Shown: positions 46,066-55,921, counted from the first letter of the stretch. The stretch: 64,000 nt of DNA from an uncultured Collinsella sp. (GCA_900542555.1 UQNU01000003.1:29-64028), one strand, 5' to 3'. Notes: generated by a model from the letters alone, not told the origin. Program-made: numbers and translations.

Positions 46066-47304
46066 ATGACAAAAGACGATAGGCAAGCGTTCGAGGTGCC
46101 CGATCGACTCTTTGAATACGTGAGGTCGGTCGTCGACAATCGCGCGCTTGCAACGGTGCTGCTCTTTTTGCTGACCCTGCTGCTGATTGGCATTGATAAC
46201 ATCGCTGGAATCTTGGCGGTGCTGCTTGTCGGCTTTTTGCTGATCGATCGATTTGAGATCGTGCGCCGCTGCATGGTGATTGGCGGCGCCGCGTGGGCCA
46301 TGACGTTGGCGATTGGCGCCATGGTGCTCGGCGGCATTGAAGGGCCGGTGCTGTTCGATGCCGGCTTTGTATTCAACATGCTTGGCTTTGTGCTGGCGCT
46401 TGCCGTGTGCGTGCTGTTCTTGTGCGGCCGCGCCCTGTACTACCAGGGCTACGAACAGGGCGAGCAGCATGCCGATTGTGTGCTGGCCGCTCGTATTCAA
46501 GATCGCCTGATCGATCACCCCGACACCTGGGACAACATCGACGGCGACTTCTTGGAGGTCGAGGGCGCCCTTAACCGCGTGCGTGACCGTGAGCGCAAGG
46601 TGCAGCAAGCTCTGCGTGACGAGTCGCATCGCAAGGACGATCTGGTCACGTACTTGGCACATGACCTACGCACCCCGCTTGCCAGTGTGGTGGGCTATCT
46701 TTCGCTGCTGCAAGAGGCTCCCGAGCTGCCGGTTGAGCAACGTGCGCACTTTACGGGCGTGGCTCTCGACAAGGCGCACCGGCTTGATGCGCTCATCGAA
46801 GAGTTCTTCGATATCACGCGCTTTGACTTCCACGATATCGTGCTCACGCGCGGCTATGTTGATCTGGGGTTGCTGCTGGCTCAGGTGGCTGACGAGTTCT
46901 ATCCCATCCTCAACGAGCAGCATAAGGAAGCCCAAGTTGATATTCGCGAGGACCTGACGGTACTCGTGGATGGCGACAAGATGGCCCGCGTGTTTAACAA
47001 CATCATGAAAAACGCCGTTGCCTATAGCTATGAGGGCTCGACTATCACGATTGAGGCCGGGCGCCAAGACGATGGCGGCGTGCGCGTGCGCTTTATCAAT
47101 CAGGGCGATCCTATCCCTGCGGCTAAGCTCAAGGTGATCTTTGAGAAGTTCTATCGCCTGGATGCGGCGCGTGCGACCAATCGCGGTGGTGCCGGTCTGG
47201 GTCTTGCTATTGCCAAGGAGATCATCGCGGCACACGGCGGTACCGTTGCATGTGAATCGACGCCCGAACACACGATATTCACCATCGAGCTGCCCGCCGC
47301 ATAG
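46066..47304 (+). CDS. Sensor histidine kinase, VanS-like
   Basis: Start at ATG 46066. N-terminal TM segments, H-box YLAHDLRTPLASV, N box NIMKNAVAYS and G box GGAGLGLAIAKEI. Confidence 0.85.
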   Translation: MTKDDRQAFEVPDRLFEYVRSVVDNRALATVLLFLLTLLLIGIDNIAGILAVLLVGFLLIDRFEIVRRCMVIGGAAWAMTLAIGAMVLGGIEGPVLFDAGFVFNMLGFVLALAVCVLFLCGRALYYQGYEQGEQHADCVLAARIQDRLIDHPDTWDNIDGDFLEVEGALNRVRDRERKVQQALRDESHRKDDLVTYLAHDLRTPLASVVGYLSLLQEAPELPVEQRAHFTGVALDKAHRLDALIEEFFDITRFDFHDIVLTRGYVDLGLLLAQVADEFYPILNEQHKEAQVDIREDLTVLVDGDKMARVFNNIMKNAVAYSYEGSTITIEAGRQDDGGVRVRFINQGDPIPAAKLKVIFEKFYRLDAARATNRGGAGLGLAIAKEIIAAHGGTVACESTPEHTIFTIELPAA

Positions 47305-47407
47305 CCAGCGTGCCCTTACAAACACTTGACAATGCGCTCACATACATATGAGCCGCGATTTCTACTATCGATACTGCTGAATTGATATCGATGTGGAGGT
47401 ATGCGGT

Positions 47408-48283
47408 ATGACGGCTGCTGCGGCTGTGGAGCCCACGGAGCTTGAAGAACTCATGAAAGCGCAGGCCGAGGCCGCGCACGAGCGCGAGGTTGGGGATGCG
47501 ACTCGCCCCACGGCAGAGGATCTTGCCGTCTCGCCGACGCGCATCGACGTCGAGGGCCTCGACCTGTTCTATGGCGACCATCATGCGCTCAAGGACGTGA
47601 ATATCAAGATCCGCGACAAGCAGATCACCTCGTTTATCGGGCCTTCGGGCTGCGGAAAGTCCACGTTGCTGCGCTGCTTTAACCGCATGAACGACGGCAT
47701 CAAGGATTGTCGCATCGAGGGCAAGATTGCGCTCGATGGTCAAGATATCCTGGGCGATTACGATATCTGTCGTTTGCGCCAGCGCGTGGGTATGGTGTTC
47801 CAACGCCCCAATCCGTTTCCCATGAGCATCTACGACAACGTCGCCTACGGTCCGCGCGGCATGGGTGTGCGCGATCGCGCTGTGCTGGATGAGCTGGTCG
47901 AGGACTCCCTTCGTCGCGCTGCGCTATGGGATGAGGTCAAGGACAAGCTCAAAGAGTCGGGCCTGGGTCTTTCGGGTGGACAGCAGCAGCGCCTGTGCAT
48001 CGCCCGCGCGCTTGCCGTGCAGCCCGACATTCTGCTGATGGACGAACCGACCTCGGCGCTCGACCCCGTATCGACGCTGGTGGTGGAGCAGCTGGCCTGC
48101 GAGCTCAGGGAGACCTGCACGCTGGTGGTCGTTACGCACAACATGCAGCAGGCTGCGCGCATCTCCGACTCGGTCGCGTTCTTTTTGCTGGGCGAGCTGG
48201 TGGAGCATGCGCCCACTGCCCAGCTCTTCAAAAACCCGATCGATCCGCGCGCGGCGGATTATTTGACGGGCCGTTTTGGCTGA
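47408..48283 (+). CDS. pstB: Phosphate ABC transporter ATP-binding protein PstB (no pstSCA adjacent)
   Basis: [49 protein letters not shown] and [11 protein letters not shown]. Start at ATG 47408 after GGAGGT. Confidence 0.85.
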   Translation: MTAAAAVEPTELEELMKAQAEAAHEREVGDATRPTAEDLAVSPTRIDVEGLDLFYGDHHALKDVNIKIRDKQITSFIGPSGCGKSTLLRCFNRMNDGIKDCRIEGKIALDGQDILGDYDICRLRQRVGMVFQRPNPFPMSIYDNVAYGPRGMGVRDRAVLDELVEDSLRRAALWDEVKDKLKESGLGLSGGQQQRLCIARALAVQPDILLMDEPTSALDPVSTLVVEQLACELRETCTLVVVTHNMQQAARISDSVAFFLLGELVEHAPTAQLFKNPIDPRAADYLTGRFG

Positions 48284-48347
48284 TACCATCTAGTACAGGC
48301 ACCTTTAGGGTTAAGATGCGGTCATGTCGGCCGCAAAGGGGTTCAAC

Positions 48348-49076
48348 ATGATCTATTACGTCGAGGACGATGACAACATCAGGGATTTGACGGTCTATGC
48401 GCTGCGCAAGCAGGGAATCGAGGCCGAGGGCTTTTCGTGCGATGGCGAGTTTAAGGCCGCCGTGGCGCGACGGGTACCCGATGCTGTCCTGCTCGACATC
48501 ATGCTGCCCGATACCGATGGCTTGGCGATTATGCGTCGCCTGCGTGCCGATCGCCTGACGGCGACGGTGCCCATCATGATGCTTACCGCCAAGGACACCG
48601 AGCTCGACAAGGTGATGGCGCTCGATGGCGGTGCTGACGATTACCTGACTAAGCCGTTTTCGCTCATGGAGCTTGCGAGTCGCTGCCGCGCACTGCTGCG
48701 TCGCGGCGGCATGGTCAAGCAGGCGAGCGATGTGCTCAGCGTGGGCGACATCGTGCTCTCGCCCAGCCATCGCGAGGCGACCGTTGCCGGCGAGCCGCTT
48801 AAGCTCACCCTGCGCGAGTTCGACCTGCTCGAGTACCTCATGCGCAAGCCCGGCGTGGTCTTTACCCGCGAGTCGTTGCTGCAGAGCGTGTGGGGCTGGG
48901 ACTTCGACGGAGGTTCGCGCACCGTTGACGTGCACGTGCAGACGCTTCGCCAAAAACTGGGCGAGCATGCCGGCGCCATCGAGACCGTGCGCGGCGTGGG
49001 TTACCGCTTGGCCGAGCCTTCTGCCAGTGATGGTGCCGAAGGTGACGACACCGCGGCCACCGCATCGGAGGAGTAA
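48348..49076 (+). CDS. OmpR/PhoB-family response regulator
   Basis: Receiver domain (LLDIMLPDTDG, MMLTAKD) plus wHTH (TVDVHVQTLRQKLG, VRGVGYRL). Confidence 0.85.
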   Translation: MIYYVEDDDNIRDLTVYALRKQGIEAEGFSCDGEFKAAVARRVPDAVLLDIMLPDTDGLAIMRRLRADRLTATVPIMMLTAKDTELDKVMALDGGADDYLTKPFSLMELASRCRALLRRGGMVKQASDVLSVGDIVLSPSHREATVAGEPLKLTLREFDLLEYLMRKPGVVFTRESLLQSVWGWDFDGGSRTVDVHVQTLRQKLGEHAGAIETVRGVGYRLAEPSASDGAEGDDTAATASEE

Positions 49077-49079
49077 CCC

Positions 49080-50504
49080 GTGGTCTTCGCCCCCCAGGGA
49101 AAACATACGCTGTCGCACCGCGTTTTTGTGACGATCTTTGTCTGCGCCATGGCGGTTATCGTGGCGTTTACGGTGCTGGGTGCGTTCTTTGTGCAAAACA
49201 CCTTGGCGGATGCCACGAGTGCCAATCTGGCGCAGGAAACCGAGCTCATTGCTGCCGCCCTCGACGAGCAGCAGGAGCCCATCCCGTTCTTGCGTAGCCT
49301 TGATCGCGAGGACTTGCGCATCACGCTGATTAACAAGGATGGATCAGTTGCCTACGACAACGAGGCGTCACCTTCCACACTGCCCAACCACGGCGATCGC
49401 CCCGAGGTCATCGAGGCCTTTGAGAATGGTTCGGGTTCCGCGGAGCGCGCAAGCTCTACGCTTGACGAGATTATGCTGTATCGCGCCGTCGCCCTTGATA
49501 ACGGCCAGGTTGTCCGCTTGGCGCAGGCCCAGCCTGGCGTTGCGGCGATTTTGCTGTCGATGGTGGCGCCGATGCTGCTTATCGCAGCAGCGGGTGCGGT
49601 GCTCTCGTTTTTTATGGCACGCCGCGAGTCCCGTGCCATCATCGCGCCGTTGCAAGAGGTGGATTTGGACCACCCACGCCGTAGCTATGAGCACGCCTAT
49701 GCCGAGATGGTCCCCATGCTTGAGCGTATCGAGTCGCAGCGCCAGGAACTCAAGCGCCAAATGGCGGTGCTAGCGGACAACGACCGTATGCGCCGCGAGT
49801 TCACGGCGAATATCACCCATGAGCTCAAGACGCCGCTTACGGCGATTTCGGGCTATGCCGAGCTCATCGCAAACGGCATGGTCGAGGGCGAGGACGACCT
49901 GTGCAACTTTGGCGGTCGCATCTATCGTGAGGCGGGCCGCTTGGCAGCGCTCGTCAACGACATCCTTACGCTGTCTAACTTGGACGAGGCCGAGCGTGCA
50001 ACTGAGGGCGAGGCGGTGCCCATTGGATCCACGGAGCCTATTGAGCTCTCGCGTGCCATCTACGCGGTTGAGCAGCGTCTTGAACAGGTCGCCCGTCAGG
50101 CGAATGTGACGATAAGTCATGAGACCAAGCCCGTGGTCATCGAAGGCGTGTCGCGCTTGATCGACGAGCTCATCTATAATCTGGCAAGCAACGCCATCCG
50201 CTACAATCGACCCGGCGGTACGGTTACGCTGCAGTGCGGCGCCAACGACGAAGGCCATCCGTTCCTCGCGGTCGCCGACACGGGAATCGGTATCGCGCCT
50301 GAAGAACAGGGCAAGGTATTTGAGCGGTTCTATCGCGTGGACAAGAGTAGGTCCAAGGCACGCGGCGGAACCGGCCTGGGGCTTGCCATTGTCAAGCATG
50401 CGGCCCTGTATCATCACGCCACGCTCGATCTGTCGAGCGAGTTGGGCGTGGGAACCACCATTACGGTGACGTTTCCCATACAGCAGGACGAGCCATTCGC
50501 ATAG
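49080..50504 (+). CDS. PhoR-like sensor histidine kinase
   Basis: GTG start 4 nt after the regulator stop. Two TM segments, H-box ITHELKTPLTAISGY, N box LASNAIRYN and G box GGTGLGLAIVKH. Confidence 0.85.
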   Translation: MVFAPQGKHTLSHRVFVTIFVCAMAVIVAFTVLGAFFVQNTLADATSANLAQETELIAAALDEQQEPIPFLRSLDREDLRITLINKDGSVAYDNEASPSTLPNHGDRPEVIEAFENGSGSAERASSTLDEIMLYRAVALDNGQVVRLAQAQPGVAAILLSMVAPMLLIAAAGAVLSFFMARRESRAIIAPLQEVDLDHPRRSYEHAYAEMVPMLERIESQRQELKRQMAVLADNDRMRREFTANITHELKTPLTAISGYAELIANGMVEGEDDLCNFGGRIYREAGRLAALVNDILTLSNLDEAERATEGEAVPIGSTEPIELSRAIYAVEQRLEQVARQANVTISHETKPVVIEGVSRLIDELIYNLASNAIRYNRPGGTVTLQCGANDEGHPFLAVADTGIGIAPEEQGKVFERFYRVDKSRSKARGGTGLGLAIVKHAALYHHATLDLSSELGVGTTITVTFPIQQDEPFA

Positions 50505-50528
50505 CGATACAACATAGATATTGATGTA

Positions 50529-50565
50529 GACGCCGCATTTGACTTTCGGGTGCGGCGTTGTTGTG
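50529..50565 (+). terminator. Terminator hairpin after the kinase gene
   Basis: gacgccgca (50529-50537) pairs with tgcggcgt (50551-50558), followed by a T-rich tail. Confidence 0.6.
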
Positions 50566-50699
50566 AAATTTTACGATTGCTTCCGACATTTTTACAGGAG
50601 AGCCTGTTTCTTATGTATAGAGTTTGGCCTCGGTAAAAAGATGCGATATCATACGGACAGTTTTGTCAATCCGAACTGGGGAAATGAAAGGCAAGCTGC

Positions 50700-51356
50700 A
50701 TGACCCTTCTCGAACTGTTCCAGCTGCTGAAGAAGCACCTCAAGCTGGTCATCACCCTTCCGGTGGTCTGCGCGATCGCCATGGGCATCGTGTCTTTCGT
50801 TGCGATGGACAACACCTACACCGCGACGACGAGCATGTACATTCTCGCCAAGACCGACGATAGCGGCCAGATGAGCTACAACGATCTCTCGGCGAGCCAG
50901 ATGCTTTCCAACGATATCGCCACGCTGCTGGATAGCGATAGCGTTAAGAGCGGTGCTGCCAATGAGTTGGGCCTTGCTGACCTGGATGACTACAAGGTGT
51001 CTGTTTCCTCCGAGACCACCACGCGTGTCATTACGCTTTCGGTTACCGGCACCGATGCCAAGGAGACGGCTAAGGTCGCAAAGGCCATGGCCAGCTCGGT
51101 GAGTACGGTCGCTCAGAACGTCGGCGCTGCCCAGAGCATCAACGTTATCGACGAGGCTAAGACTCCCGAAGTCCCCAGCGGCCCCAAGCGCACGCTGTAC
51201 GTTGCTGTCGCGTTCCTCGCCGGTATCTTTATCGCAGTCGCCTATGTCGTTTTGGCAGACATGCTCAATACTCGCATCCGCGGTGCCGAAGAGGCAGAAG
51301 AGCTCCTGGGCATTCCCGTTGTTGGCCGAATTCCGGCTATGAAAGGTGGTAAATAG
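50700..51356 (+). CDS. Wzz/CpsC-type polysaccharide chain-length / tyrosine-kinase modulator
   Basis: Two-TM Wzz topology. Lies immediately upstream of the CpsD-like kinase. Confidence 0.8.
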   Translation: MTLLELFQLLKKHLKLVITLPVVCAIAMGIVSFVAMDNTYTATTSMYILAKTDDSGQMSYNDLSASQMLSNDIATLLDSDSVKSGAANELGLADLDDYKVSVSSETTTRVITLSVTGTDAKETAKVAKAMASSVSTVAQNVGAAQSINVIDEAKTPEVPSGPKRTLYVAVAFLAGIFIAVAYVVLADMLNTRIRGAEEAEELLGIPVVGRIPAMKGGK

Positions 51357-51358
51357 GC

Positions 51359-52096
51359 ATGGCTAAGGCAAAGAACACCGATAAGCTCGTTGTACAGAAT
51401 GCCGCCAAGACCCTTCTGGCCAACATCCGCTTTGCGAGCGTGGACGACCCCATTCGCACCATCACCGTTACCTCCTCGATTCCCAACGAGGGCAAGTCTA
51501 CGGTTTCCATTAACCTTGCTCAGGCAATCGCCACGAGCGGCAAGTCCGTGCTCCTGGTCGAGGCCGATATGCGCCGCAGGTCCCTTTCCGATATGCTCGG
51601 CGTTCGTTCGCGCGGCGGACTCTATGCGGTCCTTTCCGAGCAGATCTCCATTGACCAGGCAATTGTCGAGACGGGTCAGAAGAACTTCTACTTCCTCGAT
51701 GCTGAGCCGCATATTCCCAATCCTGCCGACATCATCGTCTCTCACCGCTTTGCCAAGTTGGTAAAGGCACTGTCCGCCAAGTTCCAGTACGTCATCTTTG
51801 ATGCTCCCCCGGTCGGCACCTTCATCGATGCTGCCGAGATTGCCAGCCTGACCGACGGTACGCTGTTCGTGGTGCGCGAGGACTTCACCAAGCGCGAGGA
51901 GGCACTCAACGCTATCGGCCAGCTTAAGAAGTCCGAGAAGGTCAAGCTCATCGGTACCGTTATGAACTACTGCGAGACCGAGACCAGCGAGTACTACTAC
52001 TCCTACTACACCAAGGACGGTAAGAAGGTGAAGAAGGGCTCCGACGATCAGGGGACTTCCAAAAAGGGCATCTTCACCAACCGAGCAAACGTTTAG
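51359..52096 (+). CDS. CpsD/CapB-type protein-tyrosine kinase (BY-kinase catalytic subunit)
   Basis: Walker A SSIPNEGKSTVSINLA, Walker A' VLLVEADMRR, Walker B VIFDAPPV, and a C-terminal Tyr cluster SEYYYSYYT. Confidence 0.85.
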   Translation: MAKAKNTDKLVVQNAAKTLLANIRFASVDDPIRTITVTSSIPNEGKSTVSINLAQAIATSGKSVLLVEADMRRRSLSDMLGVRSRGGLYAVLSEQISIDQAIVETGQKNFYFLDAEPHIPNPADIIVSHRFAKLVKALSAKFQYVIFDAPPVGTFIDAAEIASLTDGTLFVVREDFTKREEALNAIGQLKKSEKVKLIGTVMNYCETETSEYYYSYYTKDGKKVKKGSDDQGTSKKGIFTNRANV

Positions 52097-52113
52097 TTGA
52101 TTAAGGCTGACCT

Positions 52114-52764
52114 ATGCGTGACATTCATTGCCATATCTTGCCGGGTGTAGACGACGGCGCCGCCGATCTCGATGAGAGCTTGGCGATGCTCGAGGCTGCC
52201 AAGCGGGCCGGTGTAACCAGAATCGTTTGCACTCCTCACTGCCGTGATCCCTATTTTGATTACGACAAGATGTGGGATGCCTTTGAGCTGCTGCGTGATA
52301 ACGCTGACGGTTTTCCGCTCCAGATGGGCTTCGAGGTCAACCATCGAAAGCTCGTTGAGCTTGGTATCGATGCCGCGGAGCACTTGCATTTCGATGGAAC
52401 CAACGAGTTTCTGCTCGAGCTTTCGACGCATGCCGATGCGTATGCGTTTAGAGAGTACGAGAACACGATTTACGATTTGCAGTGCCGTGGCTATCAGGTG
52501 ATCATCGCTCATCCTGAGCGCTATCGTGCGGTTCAAAAGGATGTAAGCGTGGCGGAGCGCCTGGTCGATATGGGCTGCAAGCTGCAGGCTTCGGCGGACT
52601 TTATTGCCGGCGGTCGCTTTGGTCGCGAGAAAAAGCCGGCACAGCGCCTGTTCGATCAGAACCTGTACAGCTTCATCGCGAGCGATGCCCATAACGTGGG
52701 TCATTACGACTGCCTGGCGAAGGCTCGCGCGAAGTTTAGTGTGCGCGGAGCTCATTTTCGCTAA
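52114..52764 (+). CDS. CpsB/CapC-type PHP-family protein-tyrosine phosphatase
   Basis: MRDIHCHILPGVDDGA, TPHC and SDAHN metal-binding motifs. Confidence 0.85.
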   Translation: MRDIHCHILPGVDDGAADLDESLAMLEAAKRAGVTRIVCTPHCRDPYFDYDKMWDAFELLRDNADGFPLQMGFEVNHRKLVELGIDAAEHLHFDGTNEFLLELSTHADAYAFREYENTIYDLQCRGYQVIIAHPERYRAVQKDVSVAERLVDMGCKLQASADFIAGGRFGREKKPAQRLFDQNLYSFIASDAHNVGHYDCLAKARAKFSVRGAHFR

Positions 52765-52803
52765 TATCTGTCCCTAACGTTCGCATTGAATGAAAGGGCA
52801 GCC

Positions 52804-53304
52804 ATGGATATCCAACTTAAGACGGGATGCTTTGATGACGCGGCGTTGGTGCGCCGCGTCGTTTTTATGGACGAGCAGGGCTACGAGAATGAGTTCGACG
52901 CTATCGACGAGGATCCAAACTGCATTCATGTGACGCTCTATGTAGACGGCGAGCTTGCCGGTTGCTCGCGCGTGTTTCCCGAAGAGCTTGAGCGCGTGGC
53001 TGACGCAGAGGCCCCGGTGTTGCCGGCATGCGACATGGACGAAGGCGTTGCGGCGGGGGAGACCTACATTATGGGGCGCGTCGCCGTGCTGCCGGCTATG
53101 CGTCGTCGCGGACTGGCGAGTGCGATCGTCGAGGCCAGTGCTGTGTGTGCACGCAATGCCGGCGCTAAGCTTATTAAGCTGCATGCGCAGGAATACGTGT
53201 TGCCGCTCTATGCAAAGGCGGGCTACACGCAAATTGCCCCGGTAGATTACGAAGACGAGGGCCAGCCCCATGTCTGGATGGCCAAGCGCGTAGATGGCAG
53301 ATAG
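52804..53304 (+). CDS. GNAT-family N-acetyltransferase
   Basis: Start at ATG 52804. Acetyl-CoA pocket RVAVLPAMRRRGLASAIV. Confidence 0.75.
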   Translation: MDIQLKTGCFDDAALVRRVVFMDEQGYENEFDAIDEDPNCIHVTLYVDGELAGCSRVFPEELERVADAEAPVLPACDMDEGVAAGETYIMGRVAVLPAMRRRGLASAIVEASAVCARNAGAKLIKLHAQEYVLPLYAKAGYTQIAPVDYEDEGQPHVWMAKRVDGR

Positions 53305-53504
53305 GGACGTTCCTTTTCTGCTGGCAGTTGGGGATACTCCTTGGCAATCGACGCATGGGTGTTCCAACATACAGTTTTTCGATTCCGTATGTATATATGC
53401 GCGCTAATGGGTTATAAAATCTAAGTCTGAACATAGCAGGTCTGCGATGCGGCTCGGGCAACCGGGCCGTTTTTGCGGACGGGGGTAGCGCGAAAGGACT
53501 GCAC

Positions 53505-55529
53505 ATGCGTCAATTTAAGACCGAGAGCAAAAAACTGCTCGACCTCATGATCAACTCCATCTACACCAATAAGGAAATCTTCCTGCGCGAGCTTATCTCT
53601 AACGCGAGCGACGCCGTCGACAAGCTCAACTTTAAGAGCCTGCAGGATCCGAGCGTCAAGATTGACCAGGGCGACCTGGCCATTCGCGTCTCCTTTGATA
53701 AAGACGCCCGCACCATCACTATTTCGGATAACGGTATCGGCATGACCGCCGAGGAGCTCGAGCGCAACTTGGGCACCATCGCCCATTCCGGCTCCGAGGA
53801 GTTTAAGACCGAGAACGCCGAGCAGCAGGGCTCCGATGTCGACATCATCGGTCAGTTTGGCGTGGGTTTCTACTCCGCCTTTATGGTCGCTAGCCACGTG
53901 AAGGTCGTCAGCCGCGCTTATGGCGAGGATACCGCCCACGTTTGGGAGTCCGACGGTCTTGAGGGTTACACCATCGAGGACGGCGAGCGCGCCGAGCACG
54001 GTACCGATGTCATCCTGACGCTGCGCGAGAACGAGAAGCTCGACGCCGACGGCGAGGCCGAGACCTACGATCGCTTCCTGACCGAGTGGGGCCTCAAGAG
54101 CCTGATTCAGCAGTACAGCAACTATGTGCGCTACCCGATTCAGATGATGGTGTCCAAGAGCCGCCAGAAACCCAAGCCCGAGGACGCGCCGGATGATTAC
54201 AAGCCCGAGTACGAGGACTACCAGGAGCTTGAGACCGTCAACTCCATGACACCGATCTGGAAGAAGCGCAGCTCCGATGTCGAGCAGAAGGACTACGACG
54301 AGTTCTACAAGTCCACGTTCCACGACTTTGACGATCCTGCGCGCACCATCAGCTTCCATGCCGAGGGCACGCTCGAGTATGCCGCCCTGCTGTTTGTGCC
54401 GGGACGCGCGCCGTTCGATCTGTACAGCAAGGACTACGAGAAGGGCCTGGCGCTCTACAGCTCCAACGTCCTGATCATGGAGAAGTGCGACGACCTGCTG
54501 CCCGACTACTACAACTTTGTCCGCGGCGTCGTGGATTCCGCCGACGTGTCGCTCAACATCTCGCGTGAGACGCTGCAGCAGAACCGTCAGCTCAAGGCCA
54601 TCGCCAAGCGTGTGGAAAAGAAGATCACCACTGACCTTGAGGATATGCGTGACAACGACCGCGAGGCCTACGAGAAGTTCTTTGAGAACTTTGGCCGCGG
54701 CCTTAAGTACGGCATCTACTCGAGCTATGGCATGAAGGCCGATGAGCTCGCCGACCTGTTGCTGTTCTGGTCTGCCAAGGAACAGAAGATGATTACCCTG
54801 GCCGAGTATGCCAAGGGCATGCCCGAGGATCAGAAGGCCATCTACTACGCCGCCGGCGATTCGCGCGAGCGCTTGGCCAAGATGCCCGTGGTAAAGGGCG
54901 TGCTCGACCGCGGCTATGACGTGCTGCTGCTGACGCAGGATGTGGATGAGTTCACCTTCCAGGCCATGCGTGAGTACGTTGCCGCCGATATGCCCAAGGT
55001 CTACGAGGACGATGCTGCCCGCGAGGCTGCCGAGAAGGCTGTGGCCGACGGTGCCGAGCCTGAGGTCGAGGATCGTCATCTGGAGCTCAAGAACGTCGCG
55101 ACCGGTGATCTTGACCTGGCGACCGAGGACGAGAAGAAGGAGGCCGAGGACGCTACCAAGGAGAACGAGGACCTCTTTAGCGCTATGAAGGAGGCACTCG
55201 GTGACAAGGTCGAGAAAGTTGCCGTTTCCGCGCGCCTGACCGATGCCCCCGCTTGCATCACCACCGAGGGCCCGCTTTCGCTCGAGATGGAGAAGGTACT
55301 CCAGAAGGGACCCGAGGGCGCGCCCGACGGCATGCCCAAGAGCCAGCGCGTGCTCGAGCTCAACGCCAAGCACCCGGTCTTTGACAAGCTTGTCGCTGCC
55401 CAGAAGGCAGGCGACGCCGACAAGATCAAGCAGTACTCCGGTCTGCTCTATGACCAGGCTTTGCTGGTCGAGGGCATCCTCCCCGAGGACCCCGTTGCCT
55501 TCGCGGCGGCTGTTTGCAACTTGATGTAG
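53505..55529 (+). CDS. htpG: Molecular chaperone HtpG (Hsp90)
   Basis: LLDLMINSIYTNKEIFLRELISNASDA, GQFGVGFYSAF and YSSNVLIM. Confidence 0.95.
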   Translation: MRQFKTESKKLLDLMINSIYTNKEIFLRELISNASDAVDKLNFKSLQDPSVKIDQGDLAIRVSFDKDARTITISDNGIGMTAEELERNLGTIAHSGSEEFKTENAEQQGSDVDIIGQFGVGFYSAFMVASHVKVVSRAYGEDTAHVWESDGLEGYTIEDGERAEHGTDVILTLRENEKLDADGEAETYDRFLTEWGLKSLIQQYSNYVRYPIQMMVSKSRQKPKPEDAPDDYKPEYEDYQELETVNSMTPIWKKRSSDVEQKDYDEFYKSTFHDFDDPARTISFHAEGTLEYAALLFVPGRAPFDLYSKDYEKGLALYSSNVLIMEKCDDLLPDYYNFVRGVVDSADVSLNISRETLQQNRQLKAIAKRVEKKITTDLEDMRDNDREAYEKFFENFGRGLKYGIYSSYGMKADELADLLLFWSAKEQKMITLAEYAKGMPEDQKAIYYAAGDSRERLAKMPVVKGVLDRGYDVLLLTQDVDEFTFQAMREYVAADMPKVYEDDAAREAAEKAVADGAEPEVEDRHLELKNVATGDLDLATEDEKKEAEDATKENEDLFSAMKEALGDKVEKVAVSARLTDAPACITTEGPLSLEMEKVLQKGPEGAPDGMPKSQRVLELNAKHPVFDKLVAAQKAGDADKIKQYSGLLYDQALLVEGILPEDPVAFAAAVCNLM

Positions 55530-55536
55530 TTAGGTA

Positions 55537-55563
55537 GTTACGCGGTTCTACGAACCGCGTAAC
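55537..55563 (+). terminator. Perfect 12-bp hairpin after htpG
   Basis: gttacgcggttc-tac-gaaccgcgtaac. No T-run follows. Confidence 0.6.
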
Positions 55564-55599
55564 GGCTCGACGCTGCAAACGCCCCTAAGCGGCAATCTG

Positions 55600-55775
55600 A
55601 CGTTCAATCGTCGGTCGCGTACCAAAGTACGCTTCCCTCCTCTTTCACGTCACCTTGCTCGCTCTGGCGGGCTTTCGCTGTCTGCGCCAAAACATCGACG
55701 TTACCGTGGTCAAAACTAGTCGTTGGGGACGTCCTTAAATGACTAGTCGTTTAAGAACGTCCCCGATGACTATTT
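55600..55775. repeat. Dispersed intergenic repeat, copy B (mosaic of the 3478-type and 23-92-type modules plus a 2-unit ACTAGT/GGGGAC palindrome)
   Basis: 55608-55646 matches 3481-3519. 55637-55715 matches 23-92. Palindrome arms are 55717-55739 and 55750-55772. Confidence 0.8.
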
Positions 55776-55921
55776 GAATTGCTAATTTGTGCGGGTTGTG
55801 GTTTTGTGACCTGCTGAAATTTAGGATACTGTACATCTGTACGTTAACTCATCTTCGTAGTATATTGCTACCCGCAAAACTCAGCACCATTGTGCTTTGA
55901 GACGTTAAAGCGCCTACTACA

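Noticed and set aside
53305-53504. A CIRCE or HAIR heat-shock operator upstream of htpG.
   Set aside because: No TTAGCACTC-N9-GAGTGCTAA or CTTGAGT-N7-ACTCAAG-like inverted repeat is visible in the 200-bp upstream region.
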